From Podarcis cretensis (Eukaryota): a stretch of 64,000 bases of DNA. A program made the position numbers and the translations under genes. Below are positions 59,293 through 64,000 of the stretch, in pieces; positions within the stretch are counted from its first letter, which is position 1; each line of letters starts with the position of its first letter. The notes under the pieces were generated by a model. It did not search any database and was not told where the DNA came from. It was given only the letters and a program-made list of their open reading frames with translations. Location of the stretch: positions 48,794,001-48,858,000 of the forward strand of contig OX638152.1 of NCBI GenBank assembly GCA_951804945.1, written 5' to 3'.

Positions 59293-60517
59293 TACACTAT
59301 TAACAGGGAATCCTTACAGTTTCATTGCTTTCTTAACACACTGAAACCATTAGCAGCTCCACCACATCAGTATCTACAAAAATCTTACCATGGACCTGTT
59401 CTCAGAACAAAGCCAGCACATGCTACAGGCAAAAGGCCAGCTCATTTTTACTTCCAGCTTCATCAGCTCAAATCACATAGTGTTGTGTGTGATGTTGCTG
59501 CTGCCGCTGCCCTCATATTAAATTCAACCAGAATAATCATTTGGCACTGTGTCCTAAACATTAAAAATAAGTGATGTGACAAAAGCTGGGTATGGCAGCA
59601 GTATTTAGATGTCTGCATCATCATGAGCTGAAGTGAAGGGTGAAGAGGAGTTGGCATGGCTGTGCCGGGCATTTTCCTGTAGACTCCAACACACTTAGGT
59701 CATCTTGTAACCAGGAGCTAGGGCCGGCTCTACCATTAGGCACAATGCCGCAGCCACTGAAGGGTGGTGATTGGACAGAGCTGCGCTACTCTTCTGTCAT
59801 TTTAGAAAAGGCAGGATTTTGACATGGCATTTGCTTGAGTATCATCGGTATAACCAGGGCACAAATTGGCACCTCAGGAAAGTATCTTTGCCCAATAATG
59901 CATTTTATATGTTCAAGAAAGGAAGATCATTACTAGATATAAGTGTTGATGAGGCAGAGTTACATTATTCAACAGCAGCTATAGACCAAATTTTGAAAAA
60001 CTGTGCACTGCCCAATTTTATCCATGGTTTATAGTTTTGTTCTGTTTTTAGATGGGTTTTTGAAAGTTGCATTATTGGTGTTGTATTTTTAGATGAATTT
60101 ATAGGATTCCCCCAACCCATTTGTATTTTATATAAACCCTTCTAGATACTTCTTTTTGTACTGAGTATAAAGGGTTTTTAAAAAATGAACAAATAAACAA
60201 ATGATGGCAAGGATTGCTTCTGGGATGGGTGAATGTGTCAATTTTGGTATCTCTCATTTTCTTGTTTTTCCAGTCTTAAATTCATTTCTCTACATTCTAC
60301 CTCATCTTGTGTGTTTTTTATTTTAAAAAAGTCATCATGAAAATTTATCAGCATTTCTGTGCAAATTTGTCCTACTATACAGTTTTATATGCAGTTTTGC
60401 ACAAAATGCATATTTTTGCAAATCCATTTCAAGTAATTTAATGCATATTTGTATGTTGCTTTCAAAAATATGTGCATTTGTGCACACTTTACCACAGGAT
60501 ATGAATTTCTGCATGCC

Positions 60518-61271
60518 TTTCTAAACTTTTAAAGCTTTGAAAAAGCTTTGAAAGCTAAAATAATTATTTGGGCTGACACAATCTTTATCGGCTACATATC
60601 AGCTATAGTAGCTGATACTTGGCTGGAGAACTGCACTACAAAATCTGGATAAGTTGTTTGATCACTTAAGCATCTTCTTCTACAGCAAAGGTGGGGAACT
60701 GAATGCACCCGACATGGGCCAAGTTTGACAGATGGGTGGGGCTGTCCACCATTTTGTGGACCCTGTGATATGTGCAACACTTGGAAGTCCCAACAATCTG
60801 CTGATAGTCAGGTCTGCAAAGCATCATGCACCGCTCTCTGAAACCACACCTGATCCTTGGTGCTTGCAAAATTAATGCATAGGCCTTTGCAGGTACCCTT
60901 ATGCCCCACCCCCCGCAACAGAGCAGGTAGGAATGGTTTGTCCAAAATGGCCTCATGGGCCTAATTAGACCAGCAGGCCAGAGGGCCTCCCTGCCTGCTC
61001 TATATAATCCCATTTTAAATATACATAAAACCTTAGTCCCATCTTAAATATACAATAACATAGTCTTGGATAATAATTATTATTATTAATCTATTATTAA
61101 TTTGTATTAGGAGCGGAGGCCACTAATTGCTGCTGAACATTGAGGCTGGAAGATCTCAGCGCCCTTCCAAACGTTTGTTGGCAGGAGATTAAAACAGCTA
61201 CTATAGCTGATATGTAGCCGATAAAGATTGTGTCAGGCCAGATAATTATTTCAGCTTTAAAAGTTTAGAAA
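60518..61271. repeat. Inverted duplication (arms 60518-60614 and 61195-61271)
   Basis: Perfect 42-bp inverted match CTGACACAATCTTTATCGGCTACATATCAGCTATAGTAGCTG, extended by about 35 bp of near-identity. Confidence 0.9.
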
Positions 61272-61757
61272 AGATAAAAATGACATAACATAAAACAAAC
61301 TAAAAAGACTGGAGGTCAGGGTGGAGCTCCCTCGGTGCCATCTTGGGCAGAGGTTATTGGATATTTCATACAGTGATCTTTGCTCTAGATCTTATGTAAC
61401 CTGTGGACCGTTTGTACCTGGAATCCACTATGGCCATGATTTTCAGCTAGGTCTGTACCTAACTATCACCCATTATTCACAAAACCAGACTAAATGTATT
61501 TCCATCAGAAGTACTCAATGGCAGACTGTCTGGCATACCCTATCAGAAGAGGCTCTGCTTATGCTCTCAGGGTGTCGACTCTATGAAGCATATCCTACTA
61601 CTCTGTGAGCAGTTCAAACAAGCTAGGGATCAATTAATGAAACCCCTATTGGTAAACTTAGCTGGAAAATTCGAATCCTGTCCCTGTATATCTGTATTAT
61701 TTTGCTTTTGAAAATGCTTTTGTGGGTCTTTGGACTGAAATAAAGAATGTATTAGTA

Positions 61758-61983
61758 CAGTGGTGCCTCTGGTTAAGAACTTAATTCGTTCTGGAGGTCC
61801 GTTCTTAACCTGAAACTGTTCTTAACCTGAGGTACCACTTTAGCTAATGGGGCCTGCTGCTGCTGCTGCACTTCCACCGCACTATTTCTGTTCTCATCCT
61901 GAAGCAAAGTTCTTAACCCGAGGTACTATTTCTGGGTTGGTGGAGTTTGTAACCTGAAGCGTATGTAACCCGAGGTACCACTG
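61758..61983. mobile_element. Tigger-like MITE
   Basis: TA|CAGTGGTGCCTC ... GAGGTACCACTG|TA. Confidence 0.9.
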
Positions 61984-62242
61984 TATTACCAAATGACCTG
62001 ATAGCTGCAAACAATTTAACAGGTGGTGCCATTCTGACCCAAATCTGGATATTACTAGAACCGACAGGTGGAGTCTTCGTGTTGTTGGCCAGGGGCTTTC
62101 CTTGTAGAAATGAAGTCACACCCTCTGCATAATTATTTTGGAAGTTAGTTGTGCAAGTCACAAGGAAGTTGTCTGGTCTTCCTTGTGACTTGCACATATT
62201 AAGACAGCAAAAGCTGTAGTCATATTATAGATTGTATGTTAA

Positions 62243-62266
62243 ACACACACACACACACACACACAC
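62243..62266 (+). repeat. (AC)n microsatellite
   Basis: About 12 units. Confidence 0.9.
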
Positions 62267-63531
62267 GGACATGTTTGGTTTTCACAGTGGTTTACCAAAG
62301 CTCAAGATAAAAGATGAGTGAATGATCTTGTCTTCCTGCCTGCTATATCTTTTTAAGGCAGGACAAAGCACAGAACAATCAGACTTTCGCCTGCTGCTAT
62401 TCCTATAATTTGGATCTGTGCTGTTCTGAAATAATCAAAGATATCCATAATAGATGTCATTTCTAAGATCTTCTCTATGAGTTCTCCCCCCCCCAAAAAA
62501 AAGCTATATTGTTTCCATGGATGCTGCCGTATAATCTAATTATTCCTGATGGGTTGTCTATTGTGGCGTAGGATTCTTCAAAGGAAAGGAAAACAGCAAG
62601 GTAGATCATTTCAGCAAAATTCTTTTATTTGTTAGGGACAATGTGTCACAAAAGCTCTAGCTGGGACAGAAATCTCTTCTGAGCCTTTTTTCTTTGGGAA
62701 TCCAAGTTTTTATACTCATGTAAAGCAGCTCTGTGTACAGTATATTTTATTCTTTTCTTTTCCTGGATGACAGAAGACAGTCCTCTCTGCGTGAGCCCTA
62801 TGAAAAATTATTCCCTTGTATTGTAAGATTTACTGTAGACCAGGAGGAGTTAAAACAATCTCGGGCAATGCAGCCCAAGCCTTACACCTGCAGCTTGTGA
62901 AAGGGATAACGCCATTCATCCCAGTAGGGTATCTTTTCTTGAGAAAGACATGCAGTGGTTGCATGGGAAGGGATGTACACATCCACCTCATTAAAGTTAA
63001 TCAGCTTTCTGTTATTAACACTGGGACCTCAAAGTCCTGATGAAAATCAGTGCGGAAATCTTCCTGATCTAAGAGTTACCCCACTGCTCTGTTGTTGACC
63101 TCGCCCATTGTCCTGGCCAGTCTTAATGCCAGCTGGATACATAAGGCAGCCCCTGGCAACAACAAAATATACATATCTCTTCTTCCCTGCTTCATGTGTG
63201 TCCAGTATGCTTCGTGTAGCCAACAATGACATCTGGCAACATGCAACTCTGGTTGTTAAGGGTATTATGGAATCGTCACACATTTTCGCACATTGCAAGG
63301 AGTGTGATGCAGGACAACAATGAATCCATGCTCTTTTCTAATATCAGCCATCTGGATTTCCTAACTTTTCAGCAGCATCATGTTTCCAACTGTTCTGGAA
63401 TGTATGACAAATGGCATTTTGTCTCCCAAAATGCCAGGCTGGGTAGAAATGGTCAAGGGCGTTCTGTTCATGTATGATTCGACAAGAGAACACACGTTTG
63501 AGGTAACAGTAGAACCATGGTAAATATAGAC

Positions 63532-63645
63532 CAGGCATAGGCAAACGTGGCCCTCCAGATGTTTTGGGACTACAATTCCAATCATCCCTGACCACTGGTC
63601 CTATTAGCCTGTTAACATCTGGAGGGCCGAGTTTGCCTATGCCTG
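63532..63645. mobile_element. Palindromic hAT (Charlie-like) MITE, internally deleted
   Basis: TIRs CAGGCATAGGCAAAC / GTTTGCCTATGCCTG and 8-bp TSD ATATAGAC/ATATAGGC. Confidence 0.85.
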
Positions 63646-64000
63646 ATATAGGCGAATAACAGCTGTAGGAAGGAAACTAATATCCTGCTGAATATCATTG
63701 GCTTCACCGCTCCCAGCTACCCAAAACTTTCTGTTTACTGCCACTAGTATCATGCAGGAGCTAAGTGGCTGAGCTGTCAACTGGGAAATCCCTGCTTCAA
63801 AGCTACTATGAAGTTACTAGGCAAGATGTTCGGAGGAAGGGAGAGGGACTGAGCTGCATCCTGAGCTAGCTTCACAGCTGTTTCTAGCTTGCATTGGGTC
63901 CAATCCTGGCCTCTTAAGTGTGCCATCCTGAAGCTGGCCAGGCCCATCCTTCCCTCTCACCTTCCACCACCATCATTGTTAACAGCACAGCTCAGGATGC

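Overview
Vertebrate genomic DNA, almost certainly from a squamate reptile. The Sauria-SINE, BovB, L2, Penelope and hAT/Tigger MITE content points to a lacertid lizard; the taxon is inferred, not checked. The window looks intronic or intergenic, and I cannot identify a host protein-coding gene; there is one candidate spliced exon at 13803-14388. The only convincing long ORFs belong to non-LTR retrotransposons: (1) a 5'-truncated RTE-X-like LINE with an uninterrupted endonuclease-RT-CCHC ORF and a 12-bp TSD (6692-10293); (2) an L2 LINE with an uninterrupted ORF, a higher-order tandem array of ~130-bp GC-rich monomers at its 5' end and a C(UUCG)G 3' stem-loop (15743-19742); (3) a second RTE-X-like copy lacking the whole RT domain (36611-37860); (4) a 3' L1 fragment with a 20-bp TSD. 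Also present: four Sauria SINEs with TSDs, two tRNA-headed CORE-like SINEs, a Penelope-like inverted-repeat remnant with a complete minimal hammerhead ribozyme motif, a 39-bp LINE 3'-end insertion with its own TSD, Tigger-like and hAT MITEs, three LTR-like units, an inverted locally templated insertion and microsatellites. Family names rest on motif recognition only; no database search was run.
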